Shown here: piece by piece, positions 10,268 to 22,452 of the stretch
Layout: each line of letters opens with the position of its first letter
Position numbering within the stretch: the stretch's first letter is position 1
Source: Mayamaea pseudoterrestris
Lineage: Eukaryota
Assembly: GCA_027923505.1 (NCBI GenBank)
Contig: BROI01000002.1
Coordinates: 1 to 64,000, forward strand
Length of the DNA stretch: 64,000 bases
Direction: 5' to 3'
The notes under the pieces: generated by a model
What the model saw: the letters and a program-made list of their open reading frames with translations, nothing else
Database searches by the model: none
What the model was told of the DNA's origin: nothing
Position numbers and translations under genes: made by a program

Positions 10268-12866
10268 ATGACGGACGTTTTTAACAATGAAACGTTTCTG
10301 CGAGAGCGCGATGTGGTGCTCACTGTCACGGCCAACGGCCCCATGCAGCAGCAAGCGAATCACATGCTGCAAGACGCCATTTACATGCAGCGCTTTCTTT
10401 ACATTGTCAAGCATTTTGTCGCTGAAGACGTTGTCCACCAGTTGAGCGGCGGTGAAGCAAACAATGACACTGCATTAGTACCACCTGCCAGTTTGGCGGA
10501 AGCCGAGCCCATGACGCACAAAATTTATGACCTCTTGACGATGGGAAGCACCTACGAACGAGCCTGCCTTCGATCCGTTCCGTTCGCCTACATGAGCGGA
10601 CCGGGACGCATTTTGGACAAGCAAGGACCAGCATGGAAGAAAGTATCCGAGGAGCAGGCCATGCAAGCGATTGGAAACATGCTTTTGGAAGGCTTTCAGA
10701 TGGATAGTATTGATCTTTCCATTAGTCCCTACAGTGACTTTGTGCGTTTGTTGCAGCGCGAAGCGGAACATGCAAAGGCCACTGCGTCATTGTCGTCGTC
10801 TGGTCCGATTGTTCCGGAGCAACGGGATATTATACTCCTTCCACGAAGTGGCAGCGGAGAGTATCGCTCCGAGCAAGGCGAGGCAAACTTGGAAAAGATG
10901 TTTGAGAATCAAATGGGTAACAGCATTTTGTTCAATCTTGCGTCGGAACACGTCACGTCAACCTCCAATACTCCGGAACGTCGCATCAAGGCGGCGCTAC
11001 TGGTGTTGCAGGGCTTGGATGACATGAATGCCATGTTTCCGGCAGCGGAGCCAGCAATGGATGACGCGACGGGAGCCGCTTCCATCATCTCCAAGCGCCC
11101 TCATTTCTTGGTCCGCAATACATTGGCCAGCGGCGAGGACGCATGGACGGCACTTGGCCTCATGGAAGCTGCCGAGTTTCTCAGCACTTTGGTCTTTGAA
11201 GTGTGGCTCGAAAAGGAGTCTCCCTTATTGGCGCTCGGGGAAGAGACTGAGGAGCCTGATACCAAGACTCCCATTGACGCACCGACGGACCATGACGTGT
11301 TGCTGGGACGAGGTGGTTTGACGAATAGCTGGCCTGGCAATAAGCGCTTTCGCGATATTATTGCATTGCATCGCGCGGACTATATTCGAGCTATCAAGAT
11401 GGACAAGCCTGCCGTGGCACGCAAGATTGTTCGCGCGGTGCGAAAGGGGTGCCCACCTGGACGGTAAGTGTGTGTGTGTGCTGGTTGAGTTGGTGGTGAT
11501 GCACGGTTGGGGGTCTATACAGCCATTGGCTTGGCTAAATTTTATTAATTGTTGTTGCAGCTTTCTCCGCAAAGGTGACGATGGCCTTTGGTATGATACC
11601 GGAGACAAGACAGCTGGTGAGTCGTGCTTCTGAGATGATTTTGTATTAATTCTATAACATTCGAATTTCTCATTCTTAAATGTGGCACAGCCGAGAAGAC
11701 TTCTCAAGGACTGCGCGAACGCAGCAATGTCGAGAAAAGGCAGCGGTCGGAACTTCGCAAGGCGCTACGTATTCGAAAGGTCGATCTGGAGGACAGTGGC
11801 ATGGAGCAAACTGGACCGTCAAAGAAGACCAAGTATATCGACGCGGCTCGCATTGCCCCAACACTTAACTATGTAGGAACGAGTATTGCTGTTCCTCTGT
11901 CATTGAGCATGGCTCACGTCGTGTCTTTGCCCAGGAAGCCTGCACCGGGTAAGGGAAAGGCTGGAGGTGCCCTCATAACGGAAGGGCTTCCACCAAATGC
12001 CACGGATGCGGAAGGAAACATTCTTGTCACTGACTATGATATTCTGGTAAGTCAATGATACATGTTTTTGAATCTCTTTGGGAAAAGGTTATGATTGACC
12101 TCGACTGTCGTCATTTTTCATCCTCTAGTGCGGACGTGGTGGATTGACGAACCATCATAAGGGTAATCGGAGATTCCGCGACATAGTTACACTTCATCGA
12201 CCCGATTATGTTCGCGCGTCAAAGATTCAGAAACCTTCGGTTGCACGAGTCATTGGTAAGATATCTGCAAATCTATGGCCTTAACAGAGCATGCTGGTCA
12301 TCAATAGATCTAACACTTTCTTATGTCTCGTCTTGTTGGCAGTGCGTGCAATCCGAAATGGAGATCCACCTGGTCGTTTTCTCAGGAAGGATGACAAATC
12401 TGGCAAATGGATTGATATAGGCGACAAGAAAGCTGGTACGTTAAGCGACGCGTGCCATGAGTGTCAGTATCACGGTCCGTAATATATTAACACTGTGCTT
12501 TGTTCTTATAATGCAGCCGAAAAAACAAGTCAAGCGTTGCGTGAAAAACCGGAAGACGAAGAGGAGCTTGCGCGAGTTGACCTAAAGTCACTGGGCATAT
12601 TGCTTCCCACCGCGTCGGCTGGTTATCTGGCTGCGACGACTGCGAATGTGATGGGGAGCCTCATGACTGCTAATGCCGACAATGCTACAATGGCGAATAT
12701 TGCGCGTACGAGTCCTCTGATTGAGGAGATAATGAATGCTGTGAAAGGGACAACTGAAGTGCCTGATGTAACGCCACACGCTCTCGACAGTGCAGCTAAG
12801 GACTTTAAGGCTGCCAGCACGGACAATGTCGGAATCGGAGTAGCGCTGAAGCAAGCGGAGGTTTAA
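10268..12866 (+). CDS. Multi-DUF6824 domain protein; exons 10268-11463, 11561-11616, 11691-12046, 12129-12255, 12343-12435, 12517-12866
   Basis: Two canonical repeats (DVLLGRGGLTN..PGNKRFR...PPGRFL...W.D.GDK.AAEKTSQ.LRE) plus two degenerate N-terminal ones. All five introns are GT-AG and keep frame. Confidence 0.85.
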
Positions 12867-13020
12867 ATGATTATAGCAGTAGTCTACTTAGTTTGGTAGA
12901 AGTACAAACGACGGACTATAAGAAGCACTTGTATTTTGAAATGCCAATTATTGTACCAATACTCGTTGCTAATAAACGATCCTCTCGAAGCGGTTTCGAT
13001 GCATTGACGCGAAAAGACGT

Positions 13021-16000
13021 TCAATCACTGGCATTAGTCGCCGCAGCGATAGTCTTTTGGTCCGTATTTCTGCGCAGCAACTGAGAGTCAAGACATTCTT
13101 CGCCGTTCGGACCAAGCATCTCAATGCGATGAATGTAAACCTGCATGATTGCGAGCAACGACAAACAGACATAAGAGATTGCTGCAAGATCAAACTATCC
13201 AACACTAGGCTTTCAAACGTACATTAGGTTTAGTTTGGCCATTGCGAAAGACGCGCCCAATGGCTTGTAGCTCCACGCTCACATCCGCAACCTCTGAGTT
13301 GTCGCCAGGTCCGCTGTAGAGAGGATGGAATAAAACCACGTTATACGATTCCGATTGAAGATTCAGTCCAGCTGCATTTTCAAAACTCAAAACCAATACT
13401 CGCGGACGCGCGCGGTCTTCGTCTGTAGCGTCTGCGCGTTGGTAGTGGGAGATCTTGCGGTTAACATCCTGCACCGAGTCACTGTGCAGCATGTATGTAC
13501 ATCCGATCGGCGAGTGACCATCTAACAAGGACTGAGCGGCTGCGGTGACAGCGCCGATATCTGCAGCCGCAAAGACAATAATCTTTGTAAGCGGGTCCTT
13601 GTCCAGAATCTCTTTGCAAAGAGACACAAGTTCCTCGCCACGCGACTCCATCACAGCATTCTGGTTGAGCCATTTGCCGATATCAGTTTCACGATTTAGA
13701 TCATCAAAGTCGGCTGGGCTAACGCCAAGGCTCCGTTTCGATTCTTCGATACCGCTCTGGCTAGCCAGGTAGAGCACTTTTTCCTGCTCTGACATCTTTA
13801 CAGCCCGGCGTCGTTCAATAAGCTTGATGCCGTCCATATGCTCCTCGGCCTTGTTGCGACAGCATGCGACGTCTAAATAAGCTTGACAACGCTCGTCAAT
13901 CATTTTTCGCACTTCTCGGCTCTGCTTGGGCTCCAAATAGGAAGACAAGAAGATGTCACGCCCAGACTCCTTCTCAAGCTTACGCCAATGCGACGATAGA
14001 CCTGTAACATAAGTGCCGCCCATTAAACTCGCGAGTTCCGTGACGCGATGTGCACTGTCGAGCAACGGTGTCCCAGTTAAGCCCAGCATGGAGCGACGGA
14101 AAACCAAAGGTCTCTCTTTGATGTCCTTTGTTGTGATGCCGAGTTGTTCCCGTCCAGCACGACGATTCCTTTCTTTAAAATCCATGTCGCTTGCTACGTC
14201 TTTCGCCTTTTTGGTTTGCTTCTTCGTACCGTCAGATTTGTCTTCCGCGGCTGGAGGCGTTGCCTTGGTCGCTTCAGTCCTCGCTTTCATCTCAACTTTC
14301 GTTGTACAGAGACTCTCATGGACCTCATCGACAATGACGCGCTCCCATTCAAAGTACTCCAGCGGCACTCCTGTGTCATCTATCTCATAGATCTTCTTGC
14401 GCAGCTCCAAGATGGCTTTGGAATAAATGTGTGTATAGTATGCTGAGTCATCGCGTCGTCGTTGGCTGTTTGCATCGTTCCCGCCCGCGTAAGGGTCTTG
14501 CGATGTGTGCGGTATCCAAATACCGGACGCTGCTGTTTGCTCAAGTTGTCCAGATTTGTTGGGCAGTGACGGAACACGTCTTTCACCCCATTGGGGGTTT
14601 GATTTAAATACCAGCGATTTAAAATACCCCACACTTTCCAAAATGTCCACTGGGCTGATGACAATGTCAGCTTTAAGTATTGCACCTAACGATGTATTTT
14701 TCAGTGTCTGAAAATCATAAATTTTGACGACTGTAAGAGATTCTGCAAATTTCGCAACTTCCGACTCCCACTGGTCAATGAGGCCTGGTGGAACTACGAC
14801 AAGCTGGAACAAAGCAACCAGTTAGAAAAAACGATGGCCAATCAGATTAACAGGTGATGTATGAACTGTGTACGCACCGTGGCGGCGGACATGCGTGGAG
14901 CCTGCATAGACAGCCTTGCCTTTTCGATACCTTTAAGAATCAAAGCAATCGAAACTACAGTCTTTCCTGCACCAATTGCATCCGCAACAACTCCTCCACA
15001 GATATGGGAAGTCCGTGAAGCTTTTGCCATCAGGCTGAACCCTGTCGATCCGGGCATTTCAAATTCGCTCAGCTCGACTTCTTCATAGGATGTCTCGCCA
15101 TTCTCAATCGCGATCAACTTTGACACAACTCTTTCCTGGCGAGGATACAGAGAGTGCAGCCCTTGGAGTGGAACCTCTGTGGAAGGTTCTTTGTCACAGT
15201 TGTGAACAATGAAAGGGTTTGAAGGAGGGTCAATTTGCTGAAAAGCGTTGGAGAGTTTAAATGCAACCTGCACATTACCCTCCACATGCCGACCTCGGAG
15301 CAGATGCGCGGCAGCATGATGTGCAGCAACCTTTGGATAACATTGCACATCAAAATTGCCAGAGCGGCGGTCTAGAACAAATTTGAAGGGCTTGCATGCC
15401 TTTTCCAGTTGCAAGACATAATCGCGGGCGGCGCCAGGTTGACAAGTTCTCTCCATGCGATCCCGTTCATCATTCACTATCCAGTCTTCGGTTGGGCGGT
15501 ATGGAACCACATCCGAAGAAAACCCAAAGTCTTCCGCATCCAATATGTTAAGGAACGGCGCTTCCGCATCGATGGAATATTTTAAGCCTGACTTCGCTGC
15601 CAGTCTCAGAATGGGTGGTACACAAGTTGAATTGAAAATACGTATTATCTGCTGTGCTTGTTGTCCTCCGTGGACCTGAAGTTCTATTGTTTGGCTTTCG
15701 CTAGAAGCGGCGTCACCGCGTAGTAGCATCGTTTTTTGAACTTCTGACAATCCAGTAACTCGAACGAGAACATCAGAGTCCACTGGAGACATCACGCGTA
15801 TGTTCGACTTGACAGCTAGCAATCCAACTGCTGGAGAAAGCTTCCATGTACACAGTTTCAGTGCAATCTCCGTCTGGCCATTCAGCGCATCGCATGGCTG
15901 CCAATCGCGAGGAAATATTGCCACGACAGATGCGCTGTCGGTATAGTTGATGGACGAGGAGATAACCAATTGATCTGGGCCAGTGCGATGCACGTTTGGA

Positions 16001-19000
16001 ATAATGATAAGGTAAAGGTCGCTGTCGCTAGAATTGCTTCGCCGAATCCAAAGTGCGGACTGGTTGGTTGTTTGTCGACATTTGGCGCGAATATACTTCC
16101 CAGCGACTACCATCTGCTTGGCCTGCATGTGACCTGAAGGAGCTTTTATTAAGATAGTTTCCGGCCATTGCTTCCAATTGTCGGCGTATATCCATCGTCG
16201 CTCTTCACCTCGATCCCGGGCGTTGACATAATGTTTCTTGTTGTGGCTCTTTGCTGCCGTGCACTTAAGTTCCTTAGCGACTTCGTCAGCCAGTCCTACT
16301 TCGGCTCGCAGGCTATCCGTCACGCCTTCACCTTCAACTATCACACGAGCGGCAACATCTTGTTCTCTGACTAGCCAACCTGCTGAATCTGCAGTTTCAC
16401 TTTTCAAAAGTGTCAGCATGGCACATGGATCCATCTTGCCGAAAACGTAAGGTTCTGTTAGCGCAGGATTGTATGAGGTAAGTTCGGCCATTGCCCCGAT
16501 GTCAATATTCTTGACGCCAGTAAGAGCTACTGATTGTGTCTTCAATTCGCCAACCGTTATCCGTATTTCTGCTACGGCTTCACCTACTCCATGATTATCG
16601 CGAGCATAGTAGAAGATGATCCAACGACGGTGGTCGCGTTTAATCCGATGGAGATTGAAAACTACGCCAGCCAAGGTTGCAACGCGGTAGATATCATTCT
16701 CAACGCGAACGATGTCCTTCAGATTCTCCTCCGTCAAACAAACCGATGCAGGTGCAATTGTTCGTAACTTTTCTTGAAAAGATGCCGGATCATGGTTGCC
16801 CTGTGCAACGTCAAGGTCGAATAAGCTGTGCGAGCTTAAGTTCGGACCAGCATGGTCGCTGATGCAGCGTCGACAGCATGAGACGCGGCAGACCTGTAAT
16901 GAAAAGGACAGTAGCATGAGCAACACCAATTTATTGCTTGTCAATCGCTAGCTGCGACCGTCAAGACCTACTTGGCATTGCACGAACGCATCCGCTATGT
17001 TTCCGCTAGTCTCGCAGATGCACAGAATCGAGCTTTGCACTGCATTTTCTGCGAGATCAACAAGATTGCGGAGAAACGGCAAACTACACGAAAGCGATGA
17101 TTTTTCAGCCGTCATGAACATTGAATTCATCGCAGACCAGTTCTCTGCACAATCTTTGAGAATGACGTCCGCAATTTGCTTGCCAGCATGGGTCTCATTG
17201 CGCAGTTGGTTGCACGTAATTGCTGCGAGCATCGTTGCACAAACGACGGTTAAACTCATTGCGTTACCAGCTAAGAATTTAGCGCAAGGTGTCAGCACAT
17301 GCATTCTGATCCTCTTATTGACGATAACATCGCAGACGTACCCAAGTCTCCAAGCTGCACGTTTGTCTCGTTACCTGACGCAGAGAGGTAAGTGTGAGCA
17401 ATTTATACAAAGAAAGAAGCAAGAAATTAAAGATTATGCGTCATTACCGAGAAGCAAACGGAAGTAAGGAATGCCTTGAGCCAAAAGTCGCTCGCAGCCC
17501 AGCAGTGGCCGGCCTCTGTGCGGAACGAAGAAGTCGCCACCTGGCGTCAAACAGGATGCAATGCCGGGTGTGGCTTGGCGATGGGCTTCACGCCCCGCAT
17601 TCTGCGATACGTTCCACGAGAACGATGAGTAAAGAGGGTCGTGGCTTTCCGCGTCACGCACAGATGAAGCGTATAGAATGTCGATAAAGTCGATGACTCG
17701 GTTGCTTTGACAGTTCAGCCATGGCAGCCACAGTTTTGGTGGCACCTGCTTCTGACCATAAGCCCTCCTATATTGTGTTTACAACGTTAGGAATGTCGAC
17801 TGAGAACTAAGCATGACAGGTCATTTAACGTACCAGTTCGTGAGGAACCGTGCATTGCGAGCAATCCCATACGCCTTACGGGTACCTAGATTATATTTCA
17901 AATCACCGCGCGTACTGGCAAAAAAGTCAGCTTCCTGGAACCTTTCTCTACGGCTTTGTCGGCCTGGAGGACCATTTAATGCCTCGCGATATCGCCTCAC
18001 GTCTGCACGACAGACAAGTTGAACGAGGCGCGTAAGGAATCGCATTGCAAAATCCACAGTTCCACGATATTCTCAACTTACCAGGGTGGTCATCCTCAAG
18101 CATAAACGCCGTTATTGAATGTTTCGCGGGCGACGCCAGATGCTGGACTATCTTAGTCCAGTAGTCGCCGAGATCATCAGTTATGTCATCGTCTTTCGGA
18201 CGCCAAACGAACATGTATGTACGTTCACGCGTCTGTGGCAAACCATACTTTTTGGTGTCCATCTTGACAAACCGCGTGCAGAACGTACATTCTGTTGCAA
18301 AAACAAGTGTGTCATTTGCTTTAGAAATACCATTGGCTTTCAATATGTCATCAAGTGTGCAGTTCTGTTCGCACTTGGATGGCCACTCCACGTTACACAA
18401 GCTACTGCTCCCACCCCTGAGAAATCCTTTGACTTTTGCGCCACAGCGAACACCATATGTGCCTGGCACCTTGTCCACCACAATGCTCCCCTTGACGCAA
18501 ATAAATGTGAGCTTCGCTCCCTTGTCCTTTGCCTTGACATCTGATATATTCTTTCTTTTGTCAATTTCGCTCAATCGCACTCTACCAGTGATATAGTCGC
18601 TCATCTTCTCCCATGGTGCATTTAGCACGTTTTCAAAGATCGTCATTGCTGGTTTCTCTTTGAATAGAATCTCAACCGCAGCCATGAATGTTTCGCCAGA
18701 GCACCCCTTGTCTTCAATGTCGAGTCTCTTGTTTCGAAGCATGCTAAAATTCTTACATGAAGTGCCAGCAATGAACAAGTTCATCGCAGGTACCGGTCGC
18801 ACTTGGCCATAGACATCTCGGGGATCGTCATCTACCATTTTTGTAATGTCCGGATATAGAACAGAGTCAAAATTTCGAGCCAGGTACGCCTGCTTGAAAG
18901 GCTCAACTTCGCAGCTGAACTCGTGAGAGAAGGCAAAGCTGTCCGCTTTCTTTCTCAATTGCAACTGCTCTTTAACCAGCGCCAAAGCTAGTGCGGGAGC

Positions 19001-20643
19001 GTCGGTGCCGCTGCAGGCTGTTCCAAGTGCGAGAGGGCATGATATAGAACCAAGATTGCCGTCTCGGGCCAACGCGCGATCTAGCAATCCAGCAATCTTA
19101 TCGATTTGCTTGCCGACAAGCCGATCAATAATGTCGTCCGTTGCTTCCATACCACAAGGATCCAAAAACTCCTTCGTCGCAGCAATCTCGTCCCAGCTCA
19201 GGTCCTTGTAGTGCGGTACGTTCTTTGGTTCAATGTCTGCTGACAATGCAGTTTTTGTTTTTGTTTTGTCCTTGGTGTCAGCCTTCTTTCCGCGTCTTAT
19301 TTCATGCTCAGACTCGCTGCTTTCCTCGTCCATTTCAAGATCATCGTCATCTTCGTCGTCGACGAATTCAAAATCGTCTCCATCGTCAGACTTGACAAAT
19401 GGCTTCTTTTTTGCACTCTTTGGAGCTACTTTTGTCTTTGCGATTCGTTTCGCAGATTGCTTTGGCTTGGCTGCCTCCGCAACTCCTTCCATGCACACGT
19501 CGTCGTCATCAATTTCCGACAAGGCGTGCAACTCATCATCCGATGAAGATAAATAGTAGCTCGTGACTGTTTGCTTAGCAGCTCGTTGACGCTTGGGGTT
19601 TGCTTCATTTAAAGAATCTGTTGGGGGCGATGGACGCTTCGTTGACTTGCTGATTGGCACGATTTCAATGCTCGTTGCGGATGTATCATCATCTTTATCA
19701 TAAGCTGCGTCTACAGATTCGTCTAAGTCGCTACCAACCATGTCATCGTCGTAGTCCGATAATGATAGCTCTCCAAGTGGCTCTCCCCATGGCAACTGAT
19801 TAGATCGTCGCTCCGCTAGTTCAATCTTGGACAGCCAGTCTTGCGGGGAGAGTCGTCTGTTCGCGGAAGGTTTTAAAGCGTTCAAGCTCTTCATGAATAC
19901 ACAAGACTTTGTCAATTGCTGCCTACTTTTGACCAAAAACTCCCGTACAAAGGTTTTATGCTCCATCAACAGGTCCATGTCGAAGGCTAGTGGCAATTTC
20001 CTCGCAACCTCGGCAGCCTTTAACACGCAAAAAGACGCTCCATCGCTTCGATCAAACACGAAATCCACCAAGTTCGAAAGTATACCAAGAGCTCCTCGGT
20101 AATTGTCGAGTGAATGAGCATCATGGTAGCGCTCCATGTTGGGTCGCTGCAACCAGTAGATTGGAGGTGCGCCGCTATTTTCTTCGCGCATGGCCCAGTA
20201 GCCCCGATACTCGCGCGTACGATCAATGACAATGCTGCTGAGATTGTCAATCGTGACAAAGACTGGTTCTAATGGCGACGATGAATTTGGGTATACCCAT
20301 CCCTTGAGCAACGTGTCGTTGGTGAGGCGCATGTCGTTGTAGCTAGGCAAGGCAAGCGTTTCGTCACTGCTTGCGGAGCAAAAGTACCAGTCTCGAATAC
20401 AAAAGTAGGGTTCTCGGTCAGAAGACTTTGCGTCGGTTTCCGAGAAGTAGTCATAGTCGCGCTGGAACTTTGCTAGAAACTGAAGGGTGAATGGTTGAAG
20501 AAGGCGAATGGTGAGCTTTTGATGAATAATGCTTGCCATGTCGCTTCACGATCCTCTTTCCTCACCTCCTTTTCAGAGTACGAGTGTTCTGGTATCCCTT
20601 TCGGGTGTTCGACCCGCTGGTCCTTGGATGAGGTTGTCCCCAT
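13021..20643 (-). CDS. DNMT5: DNMT5 DNA (cytosine-5) methyltransferase with C-terminal SNF2 ATPase; exons 20643-20566, 20479-18082, 18002-17834, 17767-17448, 17374-17342, 17270-16972, 16893-14878, 14803-13223, 13140-13021
   Basis: MTase motifs: I LGTACSGTDAP, II FSCEVEPFKQAYL, IV AGTSCKNFS, VI FENV, VIII GLPQTRERTY, IX RPLLGCERLLAQGIP, X GDLAGNAMS. Cys-rich segment CICETSG...QCQVCRVSCCRRC. SNF2 motifs: GGVVADAIGAGKT, VIVDEVHE, LGLTGTP, AAGLNLQ, QAIGRVFRNGQ. All eight introns are GT-AG and in phase. Confidence 0.92.
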
Positions 20644-20918
20644 GGTGCCCAGCAGTGGATCAATCGATTTTGTGTGGAGCATGGATCGCCGGCATTGGAT
20701 CGAGCGCGCCATGACGCAAACCTGTTGAGTACCGTTGCGAGGGCTTTTCATTTCTTTTCATCGCATTGCTCGTTTCGTTTTTGTCGAGCGATCGCATTTG
20801 GTTGCGCCGCGGGAGTTCGATGGCAGTCTACCCGTTTACTGGCAAAGCGCAAAGTCTGGCAACCTCTGTCAGTTCGCTCATATTATTTCATTCCAGTGCA
20901 TCGAACGTTTCGATTAAA

Positions 20919-21341
20919 ATGTCGACTGTTATTCGTAATTGTAATTTATATGAATCGCACGCCCTTCAGCTGTCGCAAAAGTTGAAGCCACGCATTGAGG
21001 TTTTGGGTCTTGAACAGTGGCAGCAGCAAATATATGGTCTTATTTTTTATAAACTACACAAGGATATGTGTGTATTCGTAATCAGCCCGAATGATTACAA
21101 ACATCAAAACGACGTGAAAGACGTTTACGAGCTGCTGAACAAGCTTGAAAATTTGGAAAAAGTTTCGCTCGTAAAGCTTGCGGTATGGAAGAGTCAGTGC
21201 CAGACTAATTCTCTAGATGAATTGAAAACCTATTTTGATGTTCTTCAGTGGCAGCATTCTGGATGGAAATCTTTCAAGAACGTCCATAAGAGCAGTTCGG
21301 CTATTGGCATTGTCGCGCAGTGCGTTCAGCCATTCTTGTAA
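20919..21341 (+). CDS. Small diatom 'LGLEQWQQ...LxKLAVWK...PFL' domain protein, copy 1
   Basis: LKPRIEVLGLEQWQQQIYGLI...LVKLAVWKSQC...GWK...SAIGIVAQCVQPFL. Clear paralogy to the genes at 21788 and 27387. Confidence 0.75.
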   Translation: MSTVIRNCNLYESHALQLSQKLKPRIEVLGLEQWQQQIYGLIFYKLHKDMCVFVISPNDYKHQNDVKDVYELLNKLENLEKVSLVKLAVWKSQCQTNSLDELKTYFDVLQWQHSGWKSFKNVHKSSSAIGIVAQCVQPFL

Positions 21342-21787
21342 AGTGATCTTCATTCGACGTGACGGTCAATAGTAAAATAAGATGTTTCTTGCTGTTTGAT
21401 TATTTGGTATTGCGTACTACGGTAGTGTAGTAATATAGGTTTGTACAAGGTCAAGCGATGCACCGCCCTATCGCTCAAAATTCATCGCTGCCAGCTTGCT
21501 TGGCTCTGCCTATGTTGATGCAGCTTATACCGCACAATTTGCCGCTTCATTGCTACCGACGGATGCGTTAAAATATGATGTCTGAGAAGCGATCAAGAAT
21601 GATCGCTGTTTAAGAGAGATCTAGCAAAGATATTGATACACAATGTCGCAGCGCTGATAGATTCGGACTGGCCGCGGGATTTTCGCGCAAAGCCAGTCCA
21701 GCGCACAAAAACCTGCCGCCAATCGCAAGCAACTCTGCGCGACGTAACAAACTTGTCATTGACCGTTTGCTTTGTCTTTGACTCACA

Positions 21788-22177
21788 ATGGACTCTTACG
21801 CGGAACGACGAGCCACGACCCTTGCGCGAAGTTTGGAGCCCCGCGTCTCGAAACTAGGACTGGACGTTTGGCAGCAGCAAGTCTACGGTCTCATATTCTT
21901 TCACGCCTACAAGAGTCCACAAAGAATGGCATATGAGGAGGTTGATCGAGAGATTCAAATTATTACCTTGTTGGAGAAATTGGAAAAGATGGAAACGATT
22001 GCCCTCTTGAAGCTTGCCGTTTGGAAGGGTCAGTGTCAAATGAATCCAAGCAAGAAGCTTGATACCTTTCTTGACTATCTTCGATGGGACAAGTATGGAT
22101 GGAAGGTTGACAAGAAGGTGGCAAAGAACCAATCAGCCATGGGCGTTGTGGCGCAAGGTGTTCAGGGCTTTCTGTAG
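21788..22177 (+). CDS. Small diatom 'LxKLAVWK' domain protein, copy 2
   Basis: LEPRVSKLGLDVWQQQVYGLI...LLKLAVWKGQC...GWK...SAMGVVAQGVQGFL. Confidence 0.8.
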   Translation: MDSYAERRATTLARSLEPRVSKLGLDVWQQQVYGLIFFHAYKSPQRMAYEEVDREIQIITLLEKLEKMETIALLKLAVWKGQCQMNPSKKLDTFLDYLRWDKYGWKVDKKVAKNQSAMGVVAQGVQGFL

Positions 22178-22452
22178 TTGTCGTTTGTTTGCGACGCCTA
22201 GTAAAGTTCATTTAGAGTACCAATTGTCTCATGCAGCCGTGGCTCTAAGCAGTAGCTCTTATCAATATAAAAGTTATTGCATTGTTTGTAACGAGAAAAG
22301 ACTTACTGCATAGATAGGTCGTGCTCGTTCCGCTGGGCAACGTTTGATAGCTAGTCGATACCGAAGCGACTAATGGCTTGCGACAGAAACGGACGATGAT
22401 TTCATCGTCACCATGGCGAAATTGCCGCTCGTATATTCTCCCTTGTATTAAA

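Noticed and set aside
13205..20539. Separate ORFs (863, 78, 103, 118, 700 and 535 aa) resembling a prokaryotic restriction-modification or defence operon (methyltransferase + helicase)
   Set aside because: They join through canonical in-phase GT-AG introns into one eukaryotic DNMT5 gene.
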